Of a stretch of 44,606 nucleotides of DNA, positions 1 through 13,039 are shown piece by piece. Position numbers and translations under genes: made by a program. Under the pieces are notes generated by a model that saw only the letters and a program-made list of their open reading frames with translations, made no database searches and was not told the origin of the DNA. How positions within the stretch are numbered: position 1 is the stretch's first letter; every line of letters starts with the position of its first letter. This DNA is from Priapulus caudatus (taxonomy: Eukaryota), in assembly GCF_000485595.1 (NCBI RefSeq), contig NW_014577061.1, forward strand, positions 1,731,214 to 1,775,819, written 5' to 3'.

Positions 1-1044
1 GCATACGCATGTACATTTCCTCTTTCCTACTACAGTGTAGTGACGCCATATTTTAATATTTTCCAAGAAAACCTGCCGGCAGTTTGTCCCTTTTCCTTTG
101 CCCTGGTTTTGAAAAGGGCCAGTTAGAGAGCACAACTTCCTCCCCCCCCCTCGTCTTTCGTTCGCGCTCTCCCTCTACTCACTTTCTCTCTCTGTGTGTC
201 TTCAAACGTACTACGCGAAGAACATTATATATATACTGTATCAATGCATATGTATAATCGTAAATACCTGCGCTCACCCAGCAGTTGCCATAGTATCTAC
301 GTGCCCTATCTTTCCCCATCTGCTTCTCGTTGTACCTCTCCCCCTTTTGCACCTACCTCTCACTGTTCATTTGCCCGCACTCCCCGTCACTATCTACATC
401 TCAATACACCGCACGTACAAACTCTCCAACCTCGGCCATCTTTTCCCTCCTACTACTCCACCATTCCTATGTTATCATCCCACAAGCCGCGCTCATCGAC
501 ACCAGTAGCCCCCACAGTAGCTCTTTGATCATGCGGGATACATTATTGTGATAACACATGGTTACTCTTTGAATATCAGCATGTCCATCTCTTATCAGAG
601 ACTTCTGGATGAACTGTGGCAAAATTCAGTGGCGAGCCGCCGATGTCGCTGACTAGCGGTTAGCTCGCTTAGGTCGCAAAATCCACTTGATCGTCATAAC
701 AGTTACGTACAGCACGTGTCACAAAGGCTCAAACATGACACGTAGATACTATGGCAACTGCTGGGTGAGCGCAGGTATTTACGATTATACATATGCGTTG
801 ATACAGTATATATATAATGTTCTTCGCGTAGTACGTTTGAAGACACACAGAGAGAGAAAGTGAGTAGGGGGAGAGCGCGAACGAAAGATGAGGGGGGGGG
901 GGGAGGAAGTTGCGCTCTCTAACTGGCCCTTTTCAAAACCTGGGCAAAGGAAAAGGGACAAACTGCCGGCAGGTTTTCTTGGAAAAGATTAAAATATGGC
1001 GTCACTACACTGTAGTAGAAAAGAGGAAATGTACATGCGTATGC
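1..1044. repeat. Long inverted repeat (fold-back/MITE-like): arms 1-303 and 739-1044 around a ~435 bp spacer
   Basis: 1-303 (gcatacgcatgtacatttcctc...gttgccatagtatctacgtg) is the reverse complement of 739-1044 (cacgtagatactatggcaac...gaggaaatgtacatgcgtatgc), with only a few substitutions and a different poly-C/G length. The left end is cut by the window, so no TSD can be tested. Confidence 0.9.
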
Positions 1045-1223
1045 GTGCGTTCTTGCGTGCGTGCTTGCGTGTGTATGTGCGTACGTGTACTGCGTGGATG
1101 TGTGGGGGATGGTGGGTGGAGAGGTTGTGTTTGTGTCGGTCAGCATTATGTAAATTATATCTTATATGGATGATCTTCGTGCATTAGTGTCACTGAGGTC
1201 ATGGACACGTACCACCCCCTCCC

Positions 1224-1236
1224 CACGCGCGCACAT

Positions 1237-1284
<48 letters not shown>

Positions 1285-1302
1285 GCACGCACGCGCACAC
1301 AC
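1224..1302. repeat. (CA)n/(GCAC)n microsatellite
   Basis: Direct reading. Confidence 0.95.
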
Positions 1303-2494
1303 ACCCCCACCACCACCTCGGTCATGTTGACGTCCGAGAGTCTGTGTGTATATGTAGTTGGGAGCTAACTCCAGGTGCTCCTGTCGCATTTGTTTAGCAG
1401 CCTGACGACTTGCGTGGATGTTGGATGCTTCCGGTCACTCTCGTGGCACACCCGCTCAATCTGTGGTCGTAGATAGGTGCAACCAACGTCTTTCTCGCGT
1501 CTAAGCATCTCATCGCATACATGGACGCTGGTCACATCACCAAGGGTCTGGCCGCACGAAATATAAAGCCTGTCTAGTCCGCTCTAATATATGGACGATG
1601 GGCTGATGATTTCCTATCGTCGCCCCCCACTCTCCCCCCATCTGAGAGTTTAGTCATGTGTCTGAATGCTGAATATCATTCATTTCTCGGGCAGAACAGC
1701 CGCGTTTATGCGAACTCGTGATGCGGCCTATAGATGTGTAAATAACAATAAAAGTAACAGCTGTCGTTGGCAAAATTTCGAACGCCATCGGAATCCTGCA
1801 GCCACGCTCTGCGCTCTGACGCTGCTTTATAGGCACCACCACGGTTGTTCTAGGCATCTGCCAACGCCTAATATTGCCGTCGGGAGCGGTAAGGTGATCG
1901 CATACAACCGAAGCAGCACGTGAGTCGTAAGTGTGAAACCGTAGTTGTTCGGAGCAATTGTGCGCAGCCAGGCGCTTTAATCACGTCGAAAATAATGAAG
2001 TCGCCTCGCAGCACAAACGCGACGTCGCGCCGTAGGAAAGCCCGAGCAAATGGCTCTGGACACGAGCGGCAGATTAACTCTTTCGTAATTAATTGCGGCG
2101 AAAACGGTCATGTGACGGCCTACTCGCGCTCGTCGCCAACGACGTGGCGAGAAGCGGCGGCGCGCGGGCAGATGTTGGTCGTGTGAATGCCGAGGCAAAG
2201 CTTGTTTATTCTCATTCCTCGTGGCTGGCTGCGCGTGTGAGAGTGAGCGTGTGAGTGTGTGTATGCGCGTGCGGCTGTGTACAGCGCTGCCGCATGCTGC
2301 CGCTAGTGCTGCCCACTACGTACGCTCACTAGTACACGTCCCCGCAGCCTCCCAGCCTCCGCGTAAACTGACCACTTGTGTTGAGTACGTGGATCAATGG
2401 TGGAGAGCAGAAGTACATCTGTATATATGTATATATGTATATTTGCGTGCAGACACGGGCGCGTGCGACCACACGCACAGGCGCATATACACGT

Positions 2495-2495
2495 A

Positions 2496-2543
<48 letters not shown>

Positions 2544-2565
2544 CACACACACATATATATATATA
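2495..2565. repeat. (GCAC)n-(CA)n-(TA)n compound microsatellite
   Basis: Direct reading. Confidence 0.95.
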
Positions 2566-2626
2566 TTCCTGTTCCATGTTCCTGGTTGAACCTATTACTA
2601 ATACCTTCTAGTGACTTGTAGTGTCT

Positions 2627-2935
2627 TCACGTGTCACTTCACGTGTTCAAATTTAACAATACCCATAGTACATAGTAGATCCATACTAAATGAAGATCAG
2701 GTTGTGAAGAGCCGTAATTCCGTAGATTACTAGTCTACCTGGTGACGTTACCTTTCTCCTGGGTACACAAAGCTATTGCTCAGCAAGGTTTATCATCTTG
2801 TGTTTTCGTATATTTATTTTCAGATCACGTGTCACTTCACGTGTTCAAATTTGACAATACCCATAGTACATAGTAGATCCATACTAAATGAAGATCAGGT
2901 TGTGAAGAGCGTTAATTCCGTAGATTACTAGTCTA
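2627..2935. repeat. 111-bp direct duplication (2627-2737 and 2825-2935)
   Basis: tcacgtgtcacttcacgtgttcaaattt...tagattactagtcta occurs twice, 198 bp apart, nearly identical. Each copy has two CACGTG boxes. Confidence 0.92.
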
Positions 2936-3404
2936 GTAGATACATACTAAATCATTGTTTAGCCCAGATGATCATAGTCTCGCATGCCATTGTGCACATT
3001 TGGCCTGTTGGCACGTCGCCAGCAGGCTATTTGCATTGGTAATTTTTCCTGTTTCGCGATTGAAACATTCCGCTGAGGTCACTCTCTGTTCACGGCTTTT
3101 TCCGCTTGAGCGCGGCCACGTAAGACAAAAGCTCCGGCCGCCAGCCTTGCTTTATTATGCGCAGACAACATGCAGCTGGAAAATTGCACAGACTGCGGGT
3201 TGGTCCCTGAATGATAAACGTCCGCTGGTCATCAGCCAAGAAACAAAGACTGACCTTAAAATAACTATGCGCCTCTGGTTCGCCGCGCAGTTTTCTGGTC
3301 AGCCATTAACTCTTTCTTGATTGGAGCTCTATTTCTGGATTGCCGCAGAGCCAGCCGGTATGTCACTCTCGCATGGGAGGAGCTTTGTTAATTAGGAACG
3401 AACC

Positions 3405-3414
3405 NNNNNNNNNN
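3405..3414. other. Assembly gap (10 N)
   Basis: Run of n next to a microsatellite; a single n also occurs at 43645. Confidence 0.99.
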
Positions 3415-3423
3415 GCGCGCGCG

Positions 3424-3468
<45 letters not shown>

Positions 3469-3553
3469 TGGGTGTGGGTGCGTGTGCGCGCGTGTGTGTG
3501 TGTGTCTGTGTGTGTCGGCGTGTATGTATGTGTATGTATGTGTACGTGCGTGC

Positions 3554-3602
<49 letters not shown>

Positions 3603-3704
3603 CGTGTGCGTGTGCGTGTGCGTGTCTGTGTGTGTGTCGGCGTGTGTGTATGTGTATGTATGTGTGCGTGCGTGCGTGCGTGCGCGCGCGCGTGCATGCG
3701 TGTG
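3415..3704. repeat. Compound (GT)n/(GC)n/(GTGC)n microsatellite
   Basis: Direct reading; it generates several spurious CV/TH-repeat ORFs. Confidence 0.95.
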
Positions 3705-4929
3705 AAACAGCGTCTTGTCAGTTTAGGTTGTGTATAACGTATGTGGCTTCCAGGCAGATGCTCGTTTGTTCAGACGAGCACGATAGCAACACCGCGAAAT
3801 CAATCATTTTTATTTCGAGTTGAGTGTATTTCCAGTCAGTGTTTGTACAGAGTTTGTACAAGTGCAGAGTCTGTACGTGATAATACTGATATGTGTATAT
3901 TAGAAATGTTTGCGGATGCATTCAAAGCCTTATAGCGAGCAATGTGCGGGTCGGCAGAGACAACTTTACGGCGGTTCGAGAGAAGAGAGTTCGCAGAGCC
4001 GTTGATTCAAAACGTTCTCTAGAATTCGTGAAATATCCTATTCGTCTGGTGAAAAATTATTTTATGAATACTAACTCGTAAGCTTTGTGAATGTACGCGG
4101 TACGAATGCCAACGTTGTCCGTCTCCTGCATCAGTTTAATGTTTCCCCCATGTGCTACAGGAGATGTATTAGGATGAAGTTTATATTATGAAATTTTATA
4201 TACGAACGCAATTTTATATTTTTGTATACGTGAAAATGACAAGCGCATGATGCGCTGATATATCCGTAATATTTCTTCGATCGCTTTCTCTGAGAAATTG
4301 CGCCCAGAACAGGAAATGGAGCTTGGGTTCCTGAAGCCGGCACTATTCATCAGCATTAGATAAATGATCATCTGCGCCATTGCCGCACAGCCCACAGCCG
4401 TGGTATAGCGAGAACAGCGAAATCTCTCTTTGACACCAGGGTATATCGCTCGACATCTCTTTAGCATGTCAGGGAACAAATAAGACGCAGCCCTGTCCGT
4501 ATAGCAGGGTAGAGGCTAGGCAATATGCTCGCTGATTATCAGGGTAACTGCTGGACGAGGACAGCTCCTTGTAGCAGGGTATGGCCAGCTGAAGACCACT
4601 GCGTGCCAATGTTATGAATCAGGCACTTAGTTCTTTGTTATTCACGCAAATTGCCTATTATAATTGATAGGATTGGCTTGACAAAGTTTATATTCATGTA
4701 TGGACAATGTATGTGGCATGTGGGATCATTTTCTTAAAGAAGAAGAACGACACGGAATTGATAATTAGTGAAGTTTGTAAAACGGTTATAAATAGAAATG
4801 ATGTGGACCAATAAAATGTGAAAGCACAGTGCATATATTGAAGCCAAATATGTCTATTACACATTTAATATTAAAATACACTGACAGTGAATTTTTCCCA
4901 AAATACAACTTGTCGCATTTCCTATATAA

Positions 4930-4962
4930 TGTGTGTGTGTTGTTGTTGTGTGCGTGTGTGTG

Positions 4963-5002
<40 letters not shown>

Positions 5003-5035
5003 TGTGTGCGTGCGTGCGTGCGTGCGCGTGCGTGC

Positions 5036-5067
<32 letters not shown>

Positions 5068-5209
5068 CTTGTTGTGTGGTGTCGTGTGTGTGATCGTGAC
5101 TTAGTTGCGGCGCGCAGCGTGGTGCGTTGTGTGCGTGTCGTTGCGCGCGCGCGCTGCGCGCGCGTTGCGTGGTGTGTGTGAATGTGTGTGTGTGTGTGAA
5201 TGTGTGTTA

Positions 5210-5280
<71 letters not shown>
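4930..5280. repeat. Compound (GT)n/(GCGT)n microsatellite
   Basis: Direct reading. Confidence 0.95.
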
Positions 5281-5284
<4 letters not shown>

Positions 5285-5839
5285 TTCGTCGTGCTGTACA
5301 CCACGTGTCTTGCAAGAAGCGCATAATCTGCTATCCGATGTAAACTTGCTAGATGTGTAGAATTACTTCATTACGCCTGCATCATCGCATCGTTTGATAT
5401 TCAAGCCTGCATTCAGCCTACACGGATGAAAACGGCAATCTTTGCTGGATATTTTTTCGCGTAGCTCGCTCTTAACAAAGCGTAATTAAGGTATAGCACT
5501 GCAATGTAACGCGAAATTATTGTCGAAATAATCATGTGCATCAGCGACCGTACAGTGATTCTCTGTCGTTCTATGTCTGTCCAGCTGCGTGCTTCACTCG
5601 CCGACGCCCCCATGCGATGTTTGGCTCGCCAGTATTGAGACTGACGACCACGTTAGAGGGGTTCATCAGATGCCATCATCGAATCCACTCTCAGAACGTC
5701 GAGCAGGAGGGATAGTGTCGATCGTTATTAACCGCGCGCTGACGGTGCAGCACACGCCACGCCCTGCGCGAGCCCGACCACTCAGTATCCATGGGTACTA
5801 CCGCTACAGCATTTTTTCTCCGCACGCACGTGCAATGTG

Positions 5840-5917
5840 GTAGCTTTTCCGCGGCATCCATGGATGACAGGGTAGCTTTTTATCTGTCTTTATGGGTTTC
5901 ATAGTAGCTTTTCATCA

Positions 5918-5977
<60 letters not shown>

Positions 5978-6244
5978 TCATCGGCCATGTCTGGCAGGGT
6001 AGCTTTTTATCTGCATCCATGGGTTACATGGTAGCTTTTCATAATCATCATCCATGTAGGTCTGCACGCGTGGGTAACATAGTAGCTTTTCATCTTAATC
6101 CATAGATGCCATGGTAGCTTTCTGTCTGTAGCCATGGGTTACATGATAACTTTTCATCATCATCATCGTCATCGTCCATGGATGGCAGGATGGCTTTTTA
6201 TCTGTGCCCGTGGTTAATATAGTAGCATTTCACCTGCGGCCATG
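5840..6244. repeat. Diverged ~32-bp minisatellite (gtagctttt...ccatgg core, ~10 units) with embedded (TCG)n/(TCA)n expansion
   Basis: Recurring gtagcttttc/gtagctttttatctg...catccatgg units; (tcg)n tract at ~5912-5980. Confidence 0.85.
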
Positions 6245-7043
6245 CCTAATAGGGAAGATATTCCTCAGTATTTAAGAGTGGCATTGCAGGGTTTTCTTAG
6301 CATCCATTTATAAAAGGACACGTTTCTCTCAGCATCCTCACACGTACGCACGCGCGGATGCACACACATACTTTATTTAAACTAATTAAACTACTATTCT
6401 ATTATTATCTACTTAATAAAATATATCTAACATGTGAGCATCTGCGTGTGCTGCGGCCTTGTGTGTGTGTGCTTGTATACCTTCCGACGAAGGAATATAA
6501 TGAGTAAACACACACCCATACGTTGAACTATTCGATTGATCTAGGCGATTGAGAAAACCGGTGAACAATTTTCGCGGAAGTATAGTTTCGCTATTTGTTC
6601 TGGAACGTATCCAAGTCAGCACACGGAACTTCGTTAGCCGAGCTACATCTTTACAGTTACTGGCTTCCATCTCCATCTCTTTCTTACGCTGCCTCTTTCT
6701 CTGACTCATTCTATCTGAGCGCTCGGTAAATAATTCGTTCGCCTATTTACTTACTCGCCCGCGTTCCGACGTACATGGTCGTCAAAATTGTGACGGCCTC
6801 TGGTACAGTATCCAGCGGGGTGAGGTCGACGCAGTCACGAGACAGTAGATCATCTCTACGGAACCTGTAGCCGTTGCATTAATATCTCGTATTTCCATTC
6901 GCTGGATCTTTGGACGTATTCGGAAGCCACTAACCTAGACGAATTTTTGAGCGCTTTAACCGAAGAAGCTAAACGAAAGTCGAAGATTTACAGATTGGAC
7001 ACGAAGGGCCGTTTACATTCGAATATGTGACGGTTACGCGATA

Positions 7044-7104
7044 CTTTAAAACACGTAGTTTTAAACGCGTAGTTTTAAACGCGTAGTTTTAAATACGTAG
7101 TTTT
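7044..7104. repeat. 15-bp tandem repeat (ttttaaacgcgtag-type) x4
   Basis: Direct reading. Confidence 0.85.
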
Positions 7105-7857
7105 ACCATCTTGCCGTGTTCTCTGGCACGAACTGCATTGAAGCGACACGTGCCAGCTGCTGGGAAACAACGACAATTGCCGCATCGCTGTCATTTGCTG
7201 AGCAAGAACAAGCAGGCAGCGCAGAAATGCAGCACGTGATTTTGCAATGACTATATTCTGCTATAATGTATCTGCTGATGAAAAATGAGTGTGTATATGA
7301 ATGACAACAGATAGTCACGATTTTCGTAAAGCCAGTACCGAGATGGAATACACGCTGTATATTTCGCGAGCATTTTATGTGCGCCTATTACAATGTGGTT
7401 GTGGAAATTGTATTTTTTTTATACATATTTACATGATATTTATGTTTAGTTAGACGCATGTTCATGGCGAACGTTATATTCCGATAGCAAGCGTCTGAAT
7501 AAAGCCAGTCGAGGATATGCTTGGGGAGAGATCGGCAACGAGGCAGTTGTAGAAGTGTGTAATCTGTCATGCGTAGCGCTTGCAGGCAGACACACACGGC
7601 GTGTCATTGATAACTGGCGGTGGCACACGCTCGCAGCCCGCCTGTGTACGAGTATATATTGCATATTGTACGCGTAGTCGCCCGCAGGCTCGACGCGGCG
7701 GGCGTTGGACGGGATCTGGCAGCTTTGTTTCTGCGCCTCGTGATTGTCATCTAATTGATCATCATTCTTCATAAAAAATAACGGGCTGTAGTCATTTTTC
7801 GCCGGTGACAACTTGAATGGATAACATCTAATTACGTTTGGTTTATCAGCGTGTGTT

Positions 7858-7858
7858 A

Positions 7859-7906
<48 letters not shown>
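7858..7906. repeat. (GCGT)n microsatellite
   Basis: Direct reading. Confidence 0.95.
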
Positions 7907-10375
7907 GTTTCCGCGTAGCTTAACCCCGAGCATGTATTGATCAGCGCCAGTGTGGGATGGGCCGAACATGGTAGTTGCATTCCACACGCCATCGTGTTAG
8001 CCAATCAGTTTCTTGCTGCAAGAGTTGCATTTCATGAATATTAGATTGGTCATTATCCTACTGGGCGACTGCGCTGGTGTTTTCCTATCGGCTTGGAGTG
8101 CTTTCCGCAGCGTATTCGTCGGTCTGGCTGTCATGGGCATTGCAGTAACTGCACCCCCATTGCGTGATAATTTGTTCGAACGCACTTGCATTATTTAAGT
8201 CCATCCTCAACAAAGCTCGATTAGAACGCGTATTTCTGACGTTGTCATCGCGACCTGACTCGTAGTAGTCGTAGAAGGAAAGATTCGCTTGTTTGTGCGT
8301 TCATTCGCGAGTGTTCACTCTCGCATACACGCGCACACGCGCCCACACTCGCACACGCTCGCGCGAGTCTTGGGACACGCTTGTCGAATTTCCCTATGGA
8401 GAGAATACTCGGAACAATTTATGTATGTTGATACCGACGTTTTACTTATCGGTTGAAACAAGCTCCTCTGTTATGGTTAACCCTTCTCTTTCTCTATATA
8501 TATGGATATATTCTCTTCCTCTATGTCGTTGGATTTAAAAATCATCGTGTTGTATTGCTCTAAATATTCATCATATACGGCGTGCGTGCGTGTATATGTG
8601 CGTGTGCATATGGGCGTGTGCGTGTGAATGGTCGTGTGTGTATGTGTGTGCGTGGGTGTGTGGGCGTGTGTACGTACGCGTGTGTGTGTGTGTGCGCGCG
8701 CGCGCGTGTGTAGATGTTGTGTATTTCTAGGCTTGCCGCGGTGTGCGTTAGCCTGAAGCAGTAATCTTTACAATGGATTTGCTAGGACGTGCGCAGTAGA
8801 AGCGTTCCCCTTATTCACGTGTTTATGGCTCGGCCGTCGCAGTTTGCGCAAGTCTGGCGAGTCGTTGTACTAATATGGCCAGAGATAGCGGAGCCTCTAG
8901 TCTTTCCTATATCGAAATGGCACTGGGGCACTTCCAGTCATAAAGAGTGACACGGGTTAATTGCCCCGCCTATAATAGTCCATTTGTAACACATCTGTCA
9001 CGTTAAAAAGCCTGCGCAAAGTCATATATTGTTTAATAAAACATGAGAGTTTATGACGTGTAATGACCACACTTATGCGCTCTAATAAACAGCTTCGTCT
9101 GCTCTGCATCATATGGTCGAGACTTCATAATATGTGTCGGTTTATTGCACGCGATATTCCAGCTCTCTTGTCGCCTCCCAGTAGCGGCTTCATCAACAAG
9201 TGATGCTTCTTTATTGGTCCGTTCCCGGTCCTTTTCCTACCCGTAGGAAGGGAGTAATTGAGCGAGTGTGGTGAGATTATTGACGCATCAGTGCCTGCAC
9301 GTAACTGTGCCAATGAGAGCGAGCGTGCGAGAGGGAGAGAGAGATAGATCGAGAGAGAGAGGGAGAGAGAGAGAGAGAAGGAGGAAGAGATAGATAGAGG
9401 TGGGGAGAGGAAAGGGAACGGGGGCGAGAAAGAAGGCGGATGATAAGAGGCGAATAGGAGAGAGAAGATAAAAGGAAGGTGGATGACTAAGCATGATAAA
9501 TAAGAGTGAAGGAATAGCTAAAGGGAAGACAGGCCACGTGCAAGGTCGGATGGGTGATCGAGTCAATATCTGTATAATGTACGGAATATATGCCATGAAG
9601 GCCTTGAACGAAGGCTCAATATATTAACCTATCATGGGGTGTGGCAGGCAGGCAGACGGACGGACAGATAGACAGACCGACCGACCGACCGGCCGACAGG
9701 CAGGCACACGGCTATACAGAAAGACAGATGGCCAGAGTATATCATGAGTAAATAATAGGGGATTTTCTTATAGCGGAATTCCCTATTATTTTCTCCTGAT
9801 TGTATAGATATGCTCATATGATAATATTATAGCACCTAAGACCCCCAGCGTTATTTCTGTAAACTAATTTCGGTGTCGTGCACTTCCACCGACGGTTGTG
9901 TGAAAAGCTGCCACACTGGCGCCTTGTGTTAAGGTTTCGAGATCTTGCAACAGATGTTGCAAATAACAACAGGCGTCGCGCCCGAAAGTGTAAATGTTAA
10001 TTTATATGCGACTGTCAATTTTGTTCGACCTCATTTCTAGAGTGGCATAGGAGTATGTTTCTTTGTTCTATGTGGCAGGCGTTCATATACTGGCAGCATT
10101 CTGTCCTGTTAGGTCACTCTTCTACGGATATGCCGATATGTTTAGTAGTCAGGCGTCTTATGTGTGACTCACGCGGTCAGTGCAATCGGTGGACAATCGA
10201 AATCGGTGTCGCCATCTACTGTTCGGAAAGTGAGGTAATTATGCACAATATGCAACTAAATGGTAGGGGCATTTTACTGGTTGATGAGTTTCGCGGATCT
10301 GTAACGTACGCGTTCTTGATTACTATATATTTTCTATCGACACGCGTGGCAGCATATAGATAACTGATTTGCTAG

Positions 10376-11339
10376 TTTTTAGCTCATCTTGACATCGTCA
10401 AGATGAGCCATTGCCATGGGGCGTCGTCCGTCGTACGTCCGTCCGTCCGTCCGTCCGTCAACATTTGGCTACGGTCAACGATAACTTGAGAACCGTTTGA
10501 CCCACATGTTTCAAATTGCATACAGTTGTTACTCCTACGGGAGAGATGTGAACGTCCAATTTTGGAGCACGCCAGTCCACCTACTTTCGAGCCACGCCCA
10601 CTTTTTGGCAAAAATGGAAATGGCCATAACTCAGTGTAGGTTCAATTGATTTTGCTCATTTTTGGTATGTGAATGAATAAGGACTGGCCCCAAAACATAT
10701 CACACGGGTTTTGATATTTTTTTTAATTATGCAAATTAGGTAGATTTTGGCAATTTCACTATGCATTTCAGTGTCTGCCTACGGTCAACGATAACTCAAG
10801 AACCATTTGACCAATGATGTTTCAAATTGCATACAGTTGTTACTCTTATGGGAGAGATTTGCACGTCCTATTTTGGAGCACGCCCGTCGACCTACTTTTG
10901 AGCCACACCCACTTTTTGGCAAAAATGAAAATGGCCATCTAGATTCATTCGATTTTGTTAAATTCACCTACCTATACATTACCTACTTACCTAATCATGC
11001 CTACATGTAATATTGTGTTTTAGATTCTTTGTTACAGTAATTTGACTGGAATATTTTATTGCTTTTATTTGCGCGATAATCGAAAACCAAAATGGCAATC
11101 ATTTATGCGTAGCGCCATCTCTCGCCCAGATTTCAGACTTTCAGATCTGAAACATTTATTTTCGCATCAAAACTAACCCTGGAAGAAAACTGAAATTTAT
11201 ATTAGTATAAAACAGGGAATAAGGACATTTGATCACATTTCGGTCCGTCATAAATGAAACACTTACCAAATTTTAAATATCATCTTCCTCTTCTATCACA
11301 CTCAAGGTGAGCTATATAGTGTCATTGACACTTTCATTT
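10376..11339 (+). mobile_element. Non-autonomous Helentron-associated element (HINE/DINE-1-like)
   Basis: In order: T-run; 5' subTIR agctcatcttga (10381-10392) with adjacent inverted copy tcaagatgagc (10398-10408); (GTCC)n microsatellite 10425-10458; central tandem repeat of 310-bp period (acggtcaacgataac at 10471 and 10781); 3' subTIR tcaaggtgagct (11302-11313); stem-loop agtgtc-att-gacact (11318-11332); T-rich end. This is the canonical HINE architecture. Confidence 0.85.
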
Positions 11340-11446
11340 ACGATACCCTTGTTGCAAGCTATGGGTTCTCTCACTGTGAGCCACAGTATAATATTCCATG
11401 GATAAACTCGCACTAGACCACTCGAATACTGCACTGTTGTGTTATT

Positions 11447-11804
11447 CAAGGCACGGAATTCAGATTTTTTTTCACCGGCCCAGAGGGCTGGTAACAGCAA
11501 TTTCTTACCAGCCCTCGCCATAACTTACCAGCCCTCGTAAATTTTGTTGGTAAAATCAATGTCATGTTTCACGCTTGCATTTTCGATTTCAAATTTGTAA
11601 AATGTTGATAAATTATGGCGTGATATTCTTTAGGTAAAACAGTAATGTAGGCTATTTGCTCATTAATGCTATAAATAAAAATGTAGGTACTCGCTAACAC
11701 GGCTGAAACCACCGGCTCTGAGGGCCGGTGTTTTGCCAATGTTACCGGCCCTCCAAATAATTTGCAAGCATATGCCGGTGGGCCGGTGCTAATTTCGCGC
11801 CCTG
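11447..11804. mobile_element. MITE with CA(A/G)GG...CCCTG ends and 6-bp TSD (atypical hAT-like)
   Basis: caaggcacggaatt / aatttcgcgccctg imperfect TIRs (11/14); gttatt on both flanks; subterminal ccggcc/ccagcc repeats. Confidence 0.7.
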
Positions 11805-12711
11805 GTTATTATATAGTAATGGTGATAATTATTTCAAAATGGTTTCATTGGGTATAAACACGTCATTGGCAATTAGTTGGTTTATTAAACAATAACACTG
11901 ATCATTCATCATTATTTTCCATTAAACGTTATTAATTACCATGAATATTTTTCTTGATTAATATTACTTCGAAGTTAATAAATAATATATTTCAAACGCG
12001 GTGATGGTGGATTCTTTATATGAGTGAAGTCATAATATATATAACTGGAGATAATGCTTTACGCTGAAGTGTAGTTGTCTTTGAATCATAAAAGAATTAT
12101 ATTATTTGACTTGTCCATGCATACCGAAGACTGTTATTGACAGCGATGTTTTAAAATGCAAAAAAAGCGAGAAAATGCCTGTGTTGTTACATTAGCCAAA
12201 GGCTGTTTGCCCTCGACGTAAAACTAACAGCATTCGAGCAATTAACTTTCTGCGCCGAGAGAGGCTTAGGAAACAGCATTAACCCTAGTAAAAACGTTGA
12301 TCGTCGCTAGCACTCGGTTCTAGATACTTGTGAACCTGTAAACTTTGAAGCAGCTGTAGCGAAGTTAATTTACTGACAGAGCGCAGCAATTAAAATGGCG
12401 GCGAACTCAATTGTCCGTTACAGGCGTCTTGAGTAATTGACGTCGGTTAGGCTGTAATTGGTGCGCTCTCGTAGGTCTAAAGGAGAGTGAGAAAGAACGA
12501 CTTGTGGCTTCATCGTCGGTGCGGGGCCGTCTGGGAATGATTGCTTCACAATGATGAACTGTCACAGGCAGCAAGTGGCGCTATCGCATGACCTTCTACT
12601 ACGTCGGTCGTGCTACGCGTCTGTTGCTTTACAGCACGGATAAATTATATTGAAAATTAACAGGGGAAGAAGAAGTGGAAAATTACATGTAGGGGAGATA
12701 GATAGAGAGGT

Positions 12712-12714
12712 TTG

Positions 12715-12757
<43 letters not shown>

Positions 12758-12840
12758 GTGTGTGCGTGCGTGCGTGTGTGTGTGTTTAGTGTTTACACAC
12801 GCATGTACATTCTCACTCACTCACGCACGCACGCACGCAC
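12712..12840. repeat. (GT)n/(GCAC)n microsatellite
   Basis: Direct reading. Confidence 0.9.
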
Positions 12841-13039
12841 ATCAAGATATAGCGTAACAGGGGTAGAAGGAAAGAAAACTAACTTATGGCTACCCAGGGT
12901 AAGCCATCTGAACACTTTAGATTTCCGCTGGGAACACCTCCCAAAGGATTCATCCCTTTGCCAATCTATTTTAGAATCGTTTGTGACATTTGTGCAGCGA
13001 GTGGCCCAGCATGGTGCAGATGGGACATGGTAAGTGCTC

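Noticed and set aside
910..5360. Many ORFs with CVCV/THTH/RACV repeats (also at 12650, 33961-34297, 43608-44584)
   Set aside because: Translations of (GT)n/(GCGT)n microsatellites.
5840..6244. Repeat-spacer-like pattern suggesting CRISPR
   Set aside because: The units are homologous along their whole length, the context is eukaryotic, and there are no cas genes.
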